This document shows positions 42,164-52,945 of a DNA stretch of 64,000 nt, piece after piece; within the stretch, counting starts at the first letter, position 1, and each line of letters begins with the position of its first letter. Source of the DNA: Chloroherpetonaceae bacterium (GTDB taxonomy: Bacteria > Bacteroidota > Chlorobiia > Chlorobiales > Thermochlorobacteraceae); the NCBI GenBank assembly GCA_046292465.1, contig JBKBRB010000004.1:36329-100328 (forward strand), in the 5' to 3' direction. The notes under the pieces are model-generated. The model searched no databases. It saw only the letters and a list, made by a program, of their open reading frames with translations, and had not been told where the DNA came from. A program made the translations under genes and the position numbers.

Positions 42164-42420
42164 TGAAAATGATGTTAAGTGCTGTAAATAATAGCGAGAC
42201 GCGCTGAATTCAATTGGATTCAAAAGCGAGGCGAAAAGGCGGCGGTATATGAGGCAATAACATTACGGTGCTTTTCTGCATCAATCTTTACCCGGCGAAT
42301 GCGAGTCTTGCAAACTTGCTTTTTGATAAAGCATCGTAAAGATAGCGCAATCACGAAGGGTTTCCTAATTGCTCCTGAAAATTCTTTTTTTGATGCTCCC
42401 AAACTCTTCTTCAACTTATC

Positions 42421-45400
42421 TCATTTCTCCGCTATCAATTCAAGTGGTGCCGCTTCAAGCGGGACAGGGCTTTCAGATGGAGAGACAAACGAATAAATCG
42501 CGGGCACAACATAGAGCGTCAGAAAACTTGAAAACAGCATGCCAAAAACGACGGCAATTCCCATCGAGATGCGGCTTTCCGAACCTGCACCCAGCGCAAG
42601 CGCAATCGGAAGAAATCCGAGTATGGTTGAAAGGCTCGTCATTAAAATCGGTCGGAAGCGTTGCGCGGCGGCGTCTTCAACCGCATCAATTTTGGAGAGA
42701 CCTTGTGCTTTGCGTTGGTTGGCAAACTCGACAATCAAAATGCCATTTTTTGTAACCAATCCAACCAGCATGATGATTCCGATTTGCGAGAAGATGTTAA
42801 GCGTTTGGTTGAAATACCAGAGCGCGAAGAGCGTTCCTGCAAGCGCAAGCGGAACGGTGAAGAGAATGATGAACGGGTCGCGGAAACTTTCAAATTGCGC
42901 GGCGAGCACAAGGTAAATCAGCACGAGTGCCAGCAGAAACGCGAAGAGCAGGCTCGATGAACTTTCCTCAAAATCTTTTGAAGGACCGTCAAGCGCGGTT
43001 ACAAAACTCTCGTCCAATGCCTCGTCAGCAATACGACGCATTTCATTGATGCCATCGCCGATGGTTTTTCCCGGCGCAAGTCCTGCTTGAACGGTTGCGG
43101 AAATGTAGCGATTGTATCGGAAGAGTTGTGGTGGACTGCTTTGTTCGGTGAGTTTGACAAGGTTATCGAGTTGAATGAGTTCGCCACGATTGTTGCGCAC
43201 ATAAAGCGACTGCAAGTCAATCGGCGCACTGCGATTTTTTCGCTCCATTTGTCCAATCACTTGATACTGCTTACCGTCCATAATGAAAAACCCGAAGCGT
43301 TGCGCGCTGTATGAAAACTGCAAGACTTGCGCGACATCGCCGACCGAAACGCCGAGCGCGCGCGCTCTATCGCGGTCAATCTCAACTTTCAATTCGGGCT
43401 TGTTGAACTTCAAATTGACATCGACAAAACTAAACACGTTGCTTTTGCGTGCCTCGCTTAAAAACTTCGGCAGAGTTTCTTTCAACTTCTCGAAGTTCGG
43501 TGCTTGAAGCACGAATTGGACAGGCAAGCCGCCGCGTGGGTTTGAAACGGCTTGTTCTTGGGAGACGAAGGTTCGCGCCTGTGAAAGTGAGCGCACATTC
43601 ACGGCGAGTTCATCAACAATTTCTTGTTGTGAGCGTTCGCGCAATTCCCTTGGTTTGAGAAAGACGCGCACGAAGCCCGTATTGGCGGCGGCAACCCCGA
43701 ATCCGGGGGAGGTTACAGTAATAACCGCGTCTTTTTCAGGCACGAGTTCTTCAACCATTTTTCCAAGCGAGAGTATAAAGGCGTCCATATATTCAAACGA
43801 CGCGCCTTCAGGTGCGGTCGTAAATAACCTTATGCTACCCCTATCTTCGGCGGGAGCAAGTTCGCTCGGCACAAGCGCGCCGAATAAAAAAATCAACGCA
43901 AAACAAAATCCGACGATTGGAAACGCAAGCCATCGCTTTTTCAAGAAGGTATTGAGCGACGTGCGATAGCGCGCTGTGAGCCATGTAAAAAACTGTTCCG
44001 TCGTCGTGTAAAATTTTCCTGTGTGTGCTTGCTTTTTCAGTAAGCGCGTGCAAAGCATTGGCGTGAGCGTGAGTGCGACAAATGATGAAATGATGACGGC
44101 ACCTGCTACGACAATTCCAAACTCACGAAAGAGCCGTCCCGTAATGCCTTGCAGAAATACAATCGGTAGAAAGACCGCCACGAGCACCACTGTTGTTGCC
44201 ACAACCGCAAAGAAAATTTCCGACACGCCCTTGAAGCCTGCTTGAATGGGCGATTCACCTTGCTCGATTTTGGCGTAGATATTTTCCAAAACGACAATTG
44301 CGTCATCGACCACTATGCCGATTGCCAGCACCAGCCCAAGAAGCGTGAGCACGTTGATGGAAAAGCCAAAGAGATACATGATGAAAAACGTGCCAATGAG
44401 CGAAATCGGAATTGCAAGAGAAGGAATGAGCGTCGTGCGCCAATCGCGCAAGAAGAGGAAAATAATCAGCACCACGAGACCGAACGCAATGAAAATGGTC
44501 TCGATGACTTCATTGATAGAGGCACGAATAAATTTTGTGGTATCAAATGCAATCGCAACGCTTAAATCGTTTGGCAGTTCTTTACGAATTTGCTCGAGCC
44601 GTTTGTAGACTTCGTCCGCGATTTGGATATGATTTGCACCTGGTTGTGGAATGATCGCGCAAGCCACCATCATCGTGCCGTCGCGCCGAAGCACGGTGCG
44701 TTCATTTTCGGGATAAAGTTCGGCTCTGCCGACATCGCGAAAGCGTATTACCCTTCCTGCGTCTTCGCGCAGAATCATTTGCTCGAATTCTTCGGGCTTG
44801 GTTAAGCGTCCAAGTGCTCTGACGGTGAGTTCGGTTTTATCGCCTTCAAGTCGACCGGTTGGAAGCTCGACATTTTCGCGGTTCAAGGCGGCTTGGACGT
44901 CGAGCGGCGTTAAGCCGTAGGCGGCGAGTTTTTCAGGCGACATCCACAGGCGCATCGAGTATTTCTTTTCGCCCCAGATTTGAATTTCGCTCACGCCGTT
45001 GATGGTTTGCAAGCGTTCTTTGAGAATGTTCGTGGCGGCGGCAGAAAGTTCGAGCGGATTGCGTGCGTTGCTTTTGAGATTGAGAATGAGGATAGGCGAG
45101 GCGTTGGCGTCGGCTTTTGCGACGATGGGCGGGTCGGCGTCGGGCGGCAATCGGCGAACGGCTTGTGCGACTTTATCGCGCACATCGTTAGCGGCGGCTT
45201 CAAGGTCTATTTCGAGATTGAACTCGACCGTGATGGTCGAGCGTCCATCGCTACTTGTCGATGAAATCGAGCGCACCCCTGCAATGCCGTTAATTGCGTC
45301 TTCAAGCGGTTCGGTGATTTGCGAAATAATCACTTCGGCATTCGCGCCTGTGTAGTTCGTCGTTACCGTTACGACAGGCGGGTCGACAGACGGATATTCG

Positions 45401-45504
45401 CGCACTCCGAGAAAGAGAAATCCAATCACGCCGAAAAGCACAACGGCGATTGACATCACAATCGCGAGCACAGGACGCTGAATACTGACTTGGGATAAAC
45501 TCAT
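42421..45504 (-). CDS. RND efflux transporter permease (AcrB family)
   Basis: 'GIVVDDAIVVLENI', 'KNGILIVEFANQ', 'RFRPILMT'. Confidence 0.95.
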   Translation of the reverse strand: MSLSQVSIQRPVLAIVMSIAVVLFGVIGFLFLGVREYPSVDPPVVTVTTNYTGANAEVIISQITEPLEDAINGIAGVRSISSTSSDGRSTITVEFNLEIDLEAAANDVRDKVAQAVRRLPPDADPPIVAKADANASPILILNLKSNARNPLELSAAATNILKERLQTINGVSEIQIWGEKKYSMRLWMSPEKLAAYGLTPLDVQAALNRENVELPTGRLEGDKTELTVRALGRLTKPEEFEQMILREDAGRVIRFRDVGRAELYPENERTVLRRDGTMMVACAIIPQPGANHIQIADEVYKRLEQIRKELPNDLSVAIAFDTTKFIRASINEVIETIFIAFGLVVLIIFLFLRDWRTTLIPSLAIPISLIGTFFIMYLFGFSINVLTLLGLVLAIGIVVDDAIVVLENIYAKIEQGESPIQAGFKGVSEIFFAVVATTVVLVAVFLPIVFLQGITGRLFREFGIVVAGAVIISSFVALTLTPMLCTRLLKKQAHTGKFYTTTEQFFTWLTARYRTSLNTFLKKRWLAFPIVGFCFALIFLFGALVPSELAPAEDRGSIRLFTTAPEGASFEYMDAFILSLGKMVEELVPEKDAVITVTSPGFGVAAANTGFVRVFLKPRELRERSQQEIVDELAVNVRSLSQARTFVSQEQAVSNPRGGLPVQFVLQAPNFEKLKETLPKFLSEARKSNVFSFVDVNLKFNKPELKVEIDRDRARALGVSVGDVAQVLQFSYSAQRFGFFIMDGKQYQVIGQMERKNRSAPIDLQSLYVRNNRGELIQLDNLVKLTEQSSPPQLFRYNRYISATVQAGLAPGKTIGDGINEMRRIADEALDESFVTALDGPSKDFEESSSSLLFAFLLALVLIYLVLAAQFESFRDPFIILFTVPLALAGTLFALWYFNQTLNIFSQIGIIMLVGLVTKNGILIVEFANQRKAQGLSKIDAVEDAAAQRFRPILMTSLSTILGFLPIALALGAGSESRISMGIAVVFGMLFSSFLTLYVVPAIYSFVSPSESPVPLEAAPLELIAEK

Positions 45505-45525
45505 TGGATTTTTCTTGAAAAAGTT

Positions 45526-45572
45526 ACACGGATAACACGACTGACTTCATCTTGCCAGCGCATTATCCGTGT
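45526..45572 (-). terminator. Hairpin with U-tract upstream of the RND gene
   Basis: acacggataa...ttatccgtgt 10-bp inverted repeat, followed on the minus strand by aacttttt. Confidence 0.5.
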
Positions 45573-45599
45573 TAACACACGTTGCTATGATATTCGGTT

Positions 45600-46346
45600 T
45601 CAGTCAAAAAATTTATCTACAACGCTCATCATTTGCGTGAGTTCCGAGATGTTTTTTCCCGCTAACACGGTGCGAAGATTGTTGATTAAATACGACTCGA
45701 CACTTTCTCCAATTTTCGGCGAGAGTGGGTCGTTGGCATCAAGCAAGAAGACAAATTTTTTTCCGATGTGCTGACGCACGCGGTCTAAAATGGCGGTGCG
45801 CATATACTCCTCGACCGCCTTGTTCGTATTGGCTTCATTGATGAGAATTTGCTCCATATCTCGGTCAAAGTCGGGGAACTTGCCTTCTTTGAGATTTTTT
45901 AAGAAAGGCTTGTTTTTCGTCTCCCATTGCAATCCGAAAATCATGCGTTCCGCATTCGGACTAAGATAGCCCTCAAAGTTGCCCGTAGGCTTTGTAATCG
46001 GCTTGACTTCCATGCGTTTGCCAAGCGAAAGGTCTACGATAGTGGCATCGGCTTCTTTTGGATTGGCTTTGACGGTACTGTCGACCAATTCGCTGACGCG
46101 CTTGCCGTCGTAGCCGAGTTTGATGTAGTCGCTTTCAACAGCATTGAGTTGGTTTGTAACATGCCGCAAGTAAATTGAATGGAGCGTCGCTTCTTTGCCT
46201 TTTGTGGCAAGCATCATGCGAAGGGTATCGGGGGCAATTTCGGGTTCGGGTTTCGGCGCAGTGCGACGTTGCTGTGCCGACAAGTCGTGTGAGGTTAGAA
46301 AAACGAGGGATATACAGAATCCCAAAAGAAGAAAATGTTTCAGCAT
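45600..46346 (-). CDS. Secreted hypothetical protein
   Basis: Signal peptide MLKHFLLLGFCISLVFLTSHDLSAQ; no recognised domain. Confidence 0.7.
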   Translation of the reverse strand: MLKHFLLLGFCISLVFLTSHDLSAQQRRTAPKPEPEIAPDTLRMMLATKGKEATLHSIYLRHVTNQLNAVESDYIKLGYDGKRVSELVDSTVKANPKEADATIVDLSLGKRMEVKPITKPTGNFEGYLSPNAERMIFGLQWETKNKPFLKNLKEGKFPDFDRDMEQILINEANTNKAVEEYMRTAILDRVRQHIGKKFVFLLDANDPLSPKIGESVESYLINNLRTVLAGKNISELTQMMSVVDKFFD

Positions 46347-46423
46347 TGTTGTTTTGGTCGTTTGATTGAAAGGTTTGATTGAAAAATTCGCACTGCAAAG
46401 ATAGCACACACAAACGAAATGCA

Positions 46424-48364
46424 TTATTGCTTTGTAAGATGCTGTAGCCACAACTCTATGGTTAGCAATGCCCAAATGCGATGTGCATTATCTTCCTTGC
46501 CTGTTTTATCGCGCTCGATGATGTCGTGAACCATCTTCGGGTTAAAAATGCCGCGTCGCTTTACCTGTTCTTCCGAGAGGCAATCTTGAATTAGCGGGTC
46601 TAAATCTTTCTTCACCCACGCGCGTAGCGGTGCGCCAAACGGGGCTTTTGGACGATAGATAATTTCTTTCGGCAGATATTTCTCGGCGACTTTTTTCAGC
46701 AAATACTTTTGCGTAAGCCCATTGATTTTGTAGCGTGCGGGAAGACGATGTGCAAACTCGGCAACCTTGTAATCCACGAGCGGAACTCGCTCCTCGACGC
46801 TTGCCGCCATTGAGGCTTTGTCGGAATATGTCAGGTTCAAACTGGCTAAAAAGCATTTGGTATCAACGGCGCACATGAGCGTAATCAAGTCCAAATTTGG
46901 CTTTTGCTTTAAGAATTGCTCTCGGAGCGCGTAGTGCCTGCGGATTGGGTAACTGTCGTAGTGCGAGTGATAGCACTGCTCGCGAAATTCAGGCGTAAGC
47001 AATTGCGTCATTTCTGAAGCGTTGTAGTAAGAGTAATTTCCGATAAAGGCATCGAAATCGGGAAGCGATGCGGCTTTGAGAAACTTCTTTGCCCATCTTG
47101 TTGTGCGGTATCCGCCGCTTGTTCCTGCAACGGGTAAGTTCTCGACAATAGGTTCAATCACTTTTGAGCGCAACAGCCTTGGAATTTGCTTGTAGGTGCT
47201 TGCAAGTTTGACGGAAAGATGCTTGCGGTATCCACCAAAAATCTCGTCCGCTCCCATTCCTGAAAGCATAACGGTTGTGCCGCTTTCTTTTGCCATTTTG
47301 CAGATGAGATACGTGTTGATGCTGGCGGGGTCGGCAATCGGCTCATCGAGATGATAAATCATTTTCGGCAGCAGCTCGACGATGTCGGGCTTGATGACAA
47401 TTTCGCGATAATCCGCATTGAGATGTTTAGCGACTATTTTCGCATACTTTTGGTCGTCGGGCATGGCTTCGAACTTCTTGTCTTCGTCCGTGAAGGCAAT
47501 CGTGTAGGTTGTAATTGGCTCGCCTTTTTCTTTGGTCATCAATGCCGTTACGAGCGATGAGTCCAATCCGCCTGATAGAAATGCACCGACTTTCACATCG
47601 GCTACCATTTGCTCTTTAACCGTTTTGCGAAGAAGCGCATCGAGTTCGTCGATGTAGGTTTGTTCGTCTTTATCTTCGCCGTAGCCTTCAAAGTTTACGT
47701 CCCAATACCGTTCAATTTTCATTTCGCCGCTTTTGAAAATCAGATTGCAGCCTGCGGGGAGTTTTTCGATGTTTTTGAACGCCGTTTTGGGTTCAGGCGT
47801 CCAAAGAAAAAAGAGCGTTGAGAGAATGCCATCTGCATCAATCTGCTTTGCAACTTCATGCGACTGCAAAATTGACTTCACTTCGGAAGCAAAGATGAGG
47901 CGGTTGTTCGGCAAGCGTGTAAAGTAGAGCGGTTTTTCGCCTAATCGGTCTCGAGAAATAAAGACCACATCGTTGCGCAAGTCGTAAATCGCGAACGCCC
48001 ACATGCCGCGCAAGCGTTGAACACATTCATTGCCCCATTCGGTATATGCGTGCAAAATCACCTCCGTGTCGGTTGCCGACTTGAACACATAGCCTTTTTT
48101 GAGCAGTTCTGACTTGACTTCTTGGTAGTTGTAAATTTCACCGTTGAAAACGATGCACAGCGTTTTATCGGCATTGAACATCGGCTGATGACCAAGCGGC
48201 GAAAGGTCAATAATGGCAAGGCGACGAAACCCAAACCCAACAGGCGTTTTATCTAAGAAAATTTCTATTCCACCGTCGTCTGGTCCGCGATGGTGCATCA
48301 CAGTTGTCATCTTTTCCATCAAGGCTTTATCAACAAAGCCAATTGTTCCTGTAATGCCACACAT
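46424..48364 (-). CDS. asnB: Asparagine synthase (glutamine-hydrolysing) family amidotransferase
   Basis: MCGI start, 'HRGPD', 'NGEIYN', 'LSGGLDSS', 'SGMGADEIFGGY'. Confidence 0.93.
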   Translation of the reverse strand: MCGITGTIGFVDKALMEKMTTVMHHRGPDDGGIEIFLDKTPVGFGFRRLAIIDLSPLGHQPMFNADKTLCIVFNGEIYNYQEVKSELLKKGYVFKSATDTEVILHAYTEWGNECVQRLRGMWAFAIYDLRNDVVFISRDRLGEKPLYFTRLPNNRLIFASEVKSILQSHEVAKQIDADGILSTLFFLWTPEPKTAFKNIEKLPAGCNLIFKSGEMKIERYWDVNFEGYGEDKDEQTYIDELDALLRKTVKEQMVADVKVGAFLSGGLDSSLVTALMTKEKGEPITTYTIAFTDEDKKFEAMPDDQKYAKIVAKHLNADYREIVIKPDIVELLPKMIYHLDEPIADPASINTYLICKMAKESGTTVMLSGMGADEIFGGYRKHLSVKLASTYKQIPRLLRSKVIEPIVENLPVAGTSGGYRTTRWAKKFLKAASLPDFDAFIGNYSYYNASEMTQLLTPEFREQCYHSHYDSYPIRRHYALREQFLKQKPNLDLITLMCAVDTKCFLASLNLTYSDKASMAASVEERVPLVDYKVAEFAHRLPARYKINGLTQKYLLKKVAEKYLPKEIIYRPKAPFGAPLRAWVKKDLDPLIQDCLSEEQVKRRGIFNPKMVHDIIERDKTGKEDNAHRIWALLTIELWLQHLTKQ

Positions 48365-48377
48365 TTATTAATTGATT

Positions 48378-49037
48378 TTAGAGGCTGTGATTAAGTTGCT
48401 CCGTAAGCCAAGTAGAAATATCCGACAAACACGCATCTGAAATTTGATGCGCCATTGGGTATTCTTTGTAAGTCACATTGATTTGCAATTCTCGCAATCG
48501 CGCTTCGCTTTCGCGCCCATTTTGAATGGGTAGGATTTCATCGTAAAGTCCATGCGAAACAAAGATGGGAAAATTTTTCAGGTGCTCTGGCGGCGCAAGT
48601 TTGAGTAATCGTTCATCAGGCAATCGTCCGCTCATGGCGACCATTCCCAACAACCGATGTGGCTCTGTAAGCGCAATGCTATACGCCATTGACGAGCCTT
48701 GACTAAATCCCATCAAAATAATTCTCTTTGGGTCAATTGGATAATGCGCAATGACTTCATCGAGAAATTTCAAAATCAACGCACGACTCTGAATCGCTGA
48801 CTTCGTATCCAAAACTTTAATGCCTTCGTCGGTAAACGCCAACGGAAACCATGCATACCCCCCATTCCCAAGCGAGAGCGGCGCACGCGCACTGATGACC
48901 GTAAAACGCGAATCGAGCGCATCGGCAAGACCAATCAAATCATATTCATTTGCACCATAGCCATGAAGCATCAATAGCAATGGTGAAGGCTCTTTCTGTG
49001 TTGTGGGTTTTACAAGATGAACAAGCGAAAACGGCAA
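48378..49037 (-). CDS. Phospholipase/carboxylesterase (alpha/beta hydrolase)
   Basis: 'LHGYGANE', GFSQG nucleophile elbow, 'HGLYD', 'AHQI'. Confidence 0.9.
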   Translation of the reverse strand: MPFSLVHLVKPTTQKEPSPLLLMLHGYGANEYDLIGLADALDSRFTVISARAPLSLGNGGYAWFPLAFTDEGIKVLDTKSAIQSRALILKFLDEVIAHYPIDPKRIILMGFSQGSSMAYSIALTEPHRLLGMVAMSGRLPDERLLKLAPPEHLKNFPIFVSHGLYDEILPIQNGRESEARLRELQINVTYKEYPMAHQISDACLSDISTWLTEQLNHSL

Positions 49038-49069
49038 GGCTAGTTGTTAGATTAACTGTTTGAAAGAAC

Positions 49070-49678
49070 CTACAAATTTAACGCTTTTGTGCCCAAAATT
49101 TCGGCTACCGACATCTTCACATCAGGAAACTGCACAGGACTAATCCACTCACGCTCATCATATCGCTTCACTTCACTGTATCCCTCTGCACTCGGCTTGC
49201 GATAAACTTCCACACACCTTTCCATCAAATTCACTAACCACACTTCCACCACGCCAAAGCGCGCATACAGCGGCACTTTCACCGTGCGGTCAATCTTGAT
49301 GCTTGAATCCGACACTTCCACCACTAACAGCGCATCTTTGCCACTCGGTCGCTCTTCACTTCCCATCATCGGCAACAGCACCACATCAGGCTCAGGCTCG
49401 TTGTAGTCATCTAACCACAACGGATTCTGAACGGAAACAAATGCTTGGTTTCCCACCTTTCTTTCAAAGAATTTTGTTAAGCGCGTTACGCACCAGAAGT
49501 GAGGCAAGCCGACAGGACTCATTTTCTTGTAGATTTCTCCGTCAATCAATTCAAGTTTTTCATCGGACGATAACACGCCACACTCCGCCATTTTCAAATA
49601 CTCCCTCACTGTCCATCGTCGCCTCTCAAACCTTGCGTCCGCCACTGCCCATCCTCTTGTCTTTGATGCTACACTCAT
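49070..49678 (-). CDS. Uma2/DUF820 family endonuclease-like protein
   Basis: 'ELIDGEI', 'EPEPDV', 'LVVEVSDSS', 'KVPLYAR.GV.EVWLVN'. Confidence 0.92.
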   Translation of the reverse strand: MSVASKTRGWAVADARFERRRWTVREYLKMAECGVLSSDEKLELIDGEIYKKMSPVGLPHFWCVTRLTKFFERKVGNQAFVSVQNPLWLDDYNEPEPDVVLLPMMGSEERPSGKDALLVVEVSDSSIKIDRTVKVPLYARFGVVEVWLVNLMERCVEVYRKPSAEGYSEVKRYDEREWISPVQFPDVKMSVAEILGTKALNL

Positions 49679-50234
49679 TCCTTCACCCTCTTACCCTTTT
49701 GTGCCCAAAATTTCGGCTACCGACATTTTCACATCAGGAAACTGCACAGGACTAATCCACTCGCGCTCATCGTATCGCTTCACTTCACTGTATCCCTCCG
49801 CACTCGGCTTGCGATAAACTTCCACACACCTTTCCATCAAATTCACTAACCACACTTCCACCACGCCAAAGCGTGCATACAGCGGCACTTTCACCGTGCG
49901 GTCAATCTTGATGCTTGAATCCGACACTTCCACCACTAACAGCGCATCTTTGCCACTTGGTCGCTCTTCACTTCCCATCATCGGCAACAGCACCACATCA
50001 GGCTCAGGCTCGTTGTAGTCATCTAACCACAACGGATTCTGAACGGAAACAAATGCTTGGTTTCCCACCTTTCTTTCAAAGAATTTTGTTAAGCGCGTTA
50101 CGCACCAGAAGTGAGGCAAGCCGACAGGACTCATTTTCTTGTAGATTTCTCCATCAATCAATTCAAGTTTTTCATCGGACGATAACACGCCACACTCCGC
50201 CATTTTCAAATACTCCCTCACTGTCCATCGCCGC
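49084..50234. repeat. Direct repeat of ~539 bp (49084-49622 / 49696-50234), 612-bp offset
   Basis: By-eye alignment shows 8 substitutions, all synonymous transitions. Confidence 0.93.
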
Positions 50235-50284
50235 TTTTCAGGCAAGTTTTGAACGATTTCTTCTGTTGTGTGCGTCGCAATCAT
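49691..50284 (-). CDS. Uma2/DUF820 family endonuclease-like protein (tandem near-identical copy)
   Basis: Same motifs; start overlaps the gatB stop (ATGA). Confidence 0.92.
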   Translation of the reverse strand: MIATHTTEEIVQNLPEKRRWTVREYLKMAECGVLSSDEKLELIDGEIYKKMSPVGLPHFWCVTRLTKFFERKVGNQAFVSVQNPLWLDDYNEPEPDVVLLPMMGSEERPSGKDALLVVEVSDSSIKIDRTVKVPLYARFGVVEVWLVNLMERCVEVYRKPSAEGYSEVKRYDEREWISPVQFPDVKMSVAEILGTKG

Positions 50285-51714
50285 ACCGATTCTAATTTTC
50301 GTTTTAGAATATCATTGATGATTTGCGGATTGGCTTTGCCTTTCATGCGCTTCATGGTTTCGCCAACGAAGTAGCCGAAAAGTTTGGTTTTTCCTGCTCG
50401 ATAGTCAGCCAGTTGGGTTGGACTTGCGGATAAGACTTCAAGAATTTCTTTTTCAATTGCGGAAGTATCGCTCACTTGTGCAAGTCCATCGCGTTTAACG
50501 ATGTCTTCGGGCGATGTGGGTTCGTCGAGCATTTTGACGAAGACGACTTCTTTCGCCGTATTGCCATTGATAACGCCTTGCTTGACCAGCGAAATAAGTG
50601 CGCCAAGCCGCTTTGCCTCAATCGGGAATTCTGAAATTTCAATGGCTTTTTCTTTGAGCGTGCGGAGCACTTCGCCCATAATCCAATTTGAGGCGGCTTT
50701 GGCATCGCCACAGACTTTGACAGTTTCTTCGTAATAGTCGGCAAGCAAGCGGTCGGTGGTAATGACCTTTGCGTCGTATTCGGGAATTTGATACTGCGAA
50801 ACGAATCGTGTTGCGCGCACTTCGGGCATTTCAGGCAGTTCGGCTTTGATGAGCGAGAGCAGTTCATCGCTGACTTCAATTGGCACGAGGTCGGGTTCGG
50901 GGAAATAGCGGTAATCGTGTGCCGCTTCTTTTGAGCGCATTGGGCGCGTTTCGAACTTATCGGCGTCCCACAAGCGTGTTTCTTGAACGATTGTTCCGCC
51001 CGACTTCAAGACTGCGATTTGCCGCTCCATTTCGTATTGAATGGCATTTTCCACGCTCTTGAACGAGTTCATGTTTTTGATTTCCGTGCGTGTGCCAAAT
51101 GTTTCCGAACCTTTTGGACGCACCGAGACGTTGGCGTCGCACCGAAGTGAACCTTCTTCCATATTCCCATCGGATATGCCAAGCCAGCGCACAATCGCAC
51201 GCAGTTTTTGCAAATATGCCGATGCTTCTTTCGTTGAGCGAATGTCGGGGTAGCTCACAATTTCTAAGAGCGGCACGCCGCAACGATTGGCATCGATGTA
51301 GGTTTCTTCGCCAATGTCGTGAATTGATTTTCCCGCATCTTCTTCCATGTGGATTCGCACCAAGCGCACACGCTTTTTTTCGCCGTCTAACTCAAACTCA
51401 ATGAACCCTTCACTGCAAATCGGCTCTTCATATTGCGAGATTTGATAGCCTTTGGGAAGGTCGGGATAAAAGTAATTTTTTCGCGCCATGATGGAATAAG
51501 GCGCAATGGTGCAGTGCGTTGTTAAGCCAAGTTTAATTGCCGATTCCAGCACTTGCTTGTTCAACACGGGCAACGCGCCGGGCATTGCAAGGCAAACAGG
51601 GCACACATTCGTATTGGCAGGCGCGCCAAATTCGGTTGAACAGCCACAAAAGGCTTTCGTCTTCGTGTTAAGTTGGCAGTGGACTTCAAGTCCGACAACA
51701 AGTTCGTATTCCAC
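50281..51714 (-). CDS. gatB: Asp-tRNA(Asn)/Glu-tRNA(Gln) amidotransferase subunit B
   Basis: 'GLEVHCQL', '[12 protein letters not shown]', 'HMEEDAGK', '[10 protein letters not shown]'. Confidence 0.98.
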   Translation of the reverse strand: MEYELVVGLEVHCQLNTKTKAFCGCSTEFGAPANTNVCPVCLAMPGALPVLNKQVLESAIKLGLTTHCTIAPYSIMARKNYFYPDLPKGYQISQYEEPICSEGFIEFELDGEKKRVRLVRIHMEEDAGKSIHDIGEETYIDANRCGVPLLEIVSYPDIRSTKEASAYLQKLRAIVRWLGISDGNMEEGSLRCDANVSVRPKGSETFGTRTEIKNMNSFKSVENAIQYEMERQIAVLKSGGTIVQETRLWDADKFETRPMRSKEAAHDYRYFPEPDLVPIEVSDELLSLIKAELPEMPEVRATRFVSQYQIPEYDAKVITTDRLLADYYEETVKVCGDAKAASNWIMGEVLRTLKEKAIEISEFPIEAKRLGALISLVKQGVINGNTAKEVVFVKMLDEPTSPEDIVKRDGLAQVSDTSAIEKEILEVLSASPTQLADYRAGKTKLFGYFVGETMKRMKGKANPQIINDILKRKLESV

Positions 51715-51735
51715 AGTTCAAAAATTTGAAAGAGG

Positions 51736-52284
51736 TTATGCGAAAATTTCTTCGGCAGAAAGATTCAAGTCAGGCAACACAGGCGTTGTGATGCGTTCAT
51801 TTCCCGTTGATTTTGAGAGGCGCGTTGGCTCGCCATTGATGAGTGCATAACGCTCGACGGCGCGTTCGCTTACATCGATTATCCAACATTCTTTCACACC
51901 GTATTTGAAGTAAATGGGCATCTTTTTGCGCAAGTCGTAATACGCTGTTGAAGGCGACAGCACTTCCACAACCAAATCCGGTGCGCCGCGCACAATGTCT
52001 GTTCCGATTATGGAAGCGCGTTCATTTGAAATAAACATCACATCAGGTTGAAAGGTGTTGTGTATGTCAAGAAACACGTCCATCGGAGCAATTATGACGC
52101 GCCCGAGTTTGTTTTTCATCACAATCTCGCGCAACATCGCGCCAAGATTCAATACCGCATTTTGATGTGCAACGATTGGGGTTGGCATCTCGATGATTTC
52201 TCCGTCGATAAGTTGATACTTCGCGCCTTCGGGCAAGAGGGCGTAATCGTCGTAAGTTGCTTTTTGTTTTTCAGCCGTGAGCAT
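51736..52284 (-). CDS. Uma2/DUF820 family endonuclease-like protein (divergent third copy)
   Basis: 'YQLIDGEI', 'QPDV', 'GAPDLVVEVLSPST', 'Y..YGVKECWI'. Confidence 0.92.
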   Translation of the reverse strand: MLTAEKQKATYDDYALLPEGAKYQLIDGEIIEMPTPIVAHQNAVLNLGAMLREIVMKNKLGRVIIAPMDVFLDIHNTFQPDVMFISNERASIIGTDIVRGAPDLVVEVLSPSTAYYDLRKKMPIYFKYGVKECWIIDVSERAVERYALINGEPTRLSKSTGNERITTPVLPDLNLSAEEIFA

Positions 52285-52432
52285 CTTTATCAAAATTTTG
52301 TTTTGGGAATATAAACAAAATGCCGCGTGCGTTGAGCAACTGCAATCTATTTGGCTTTGCCTCTCCAAGAATCTGTGTTCTGCTTATCAAAATTCCGTAA
52401 CTTCGCCGTTCAAATTCAATCCACCTTCAACG

Positions 52433-52936
52433 ATGAAAAACACATTTTTCCTTTTGCTTTTAACGCTTCTTGTTGGTTGTTCGAAGTCAGAACTCTTGCT
52501 CAAAGAGGGCGACCTTGCACCCGATTTTACTTTGCTTTCCGACAGTGGCATGCCTGTTTCGCTTTCTGCGCTCAAAGGAAAGCCCGTTGTGCTTTACTTT
52601 TACCCAAAAAATTTTACGCCCGGTTGCACCAAAGAAGCCTGCGCGTTTCGCGATGCGTTTTCCGACTTTCAAAGTGCCGGCATTGAGGTCTTTGGCGTGA
52701 GCGTCGATGATGTCGAATCGCATCAAAAATTTAAGTCAGAGCATCAACTCAATTTTACTTTGCTTTCCGATACCGACAAGAAAGTCTCAACATCTTACGG
52801 CGTGCTCAGCGCGATGGGCTTTTCAAGTCGGATTACGTTCTTGATTGACCGCGAGGGCAAAATCAAACGCATTTTCAAAGATGTCAATCCCGAAGCGCAC
52901 GCCGCCGAAGTGCTTGCGATTGCCAAAACACTTTGA
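52433..52936 (+). CDS. bcp: Peroxiredoxin BCP/PrxQ with lipoprotein signal
   Basis: 'LYFYPKNFTPGCTKEAC'; N-terminal LLVGC lipobox. Confidence 0.9.
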   Translation: MKNTFFLLLLTLLVGCSKSELLLKEGDLAPDFTLLSDSGMPVSLSALKGKPVVLYFYPKNFTPGCTKEACAFRDAFSDFQSAGIEVFGVSVDDVESHQKFKSEHQLNFTLLSDTDKKVSTSYGVLSAMGFSSRITFLIDREGKIKRIFKDVNPEAHAAEVLAIAKTL

Positions 52937-52945
52937 GCCAACACC

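Noticed and set aside
46424..48364. Lasso peptide cyclase cluster
   Set aside because: Intact N-terminal Cys glutaminase domain; no B protein or precursor peptide nearby
49070..50284. Diversity-generating retroelement template/variable repeat pair
   Set aside because: Differences are synonymous, not adenine-specific, and no reverse transcriptase gene is in the window
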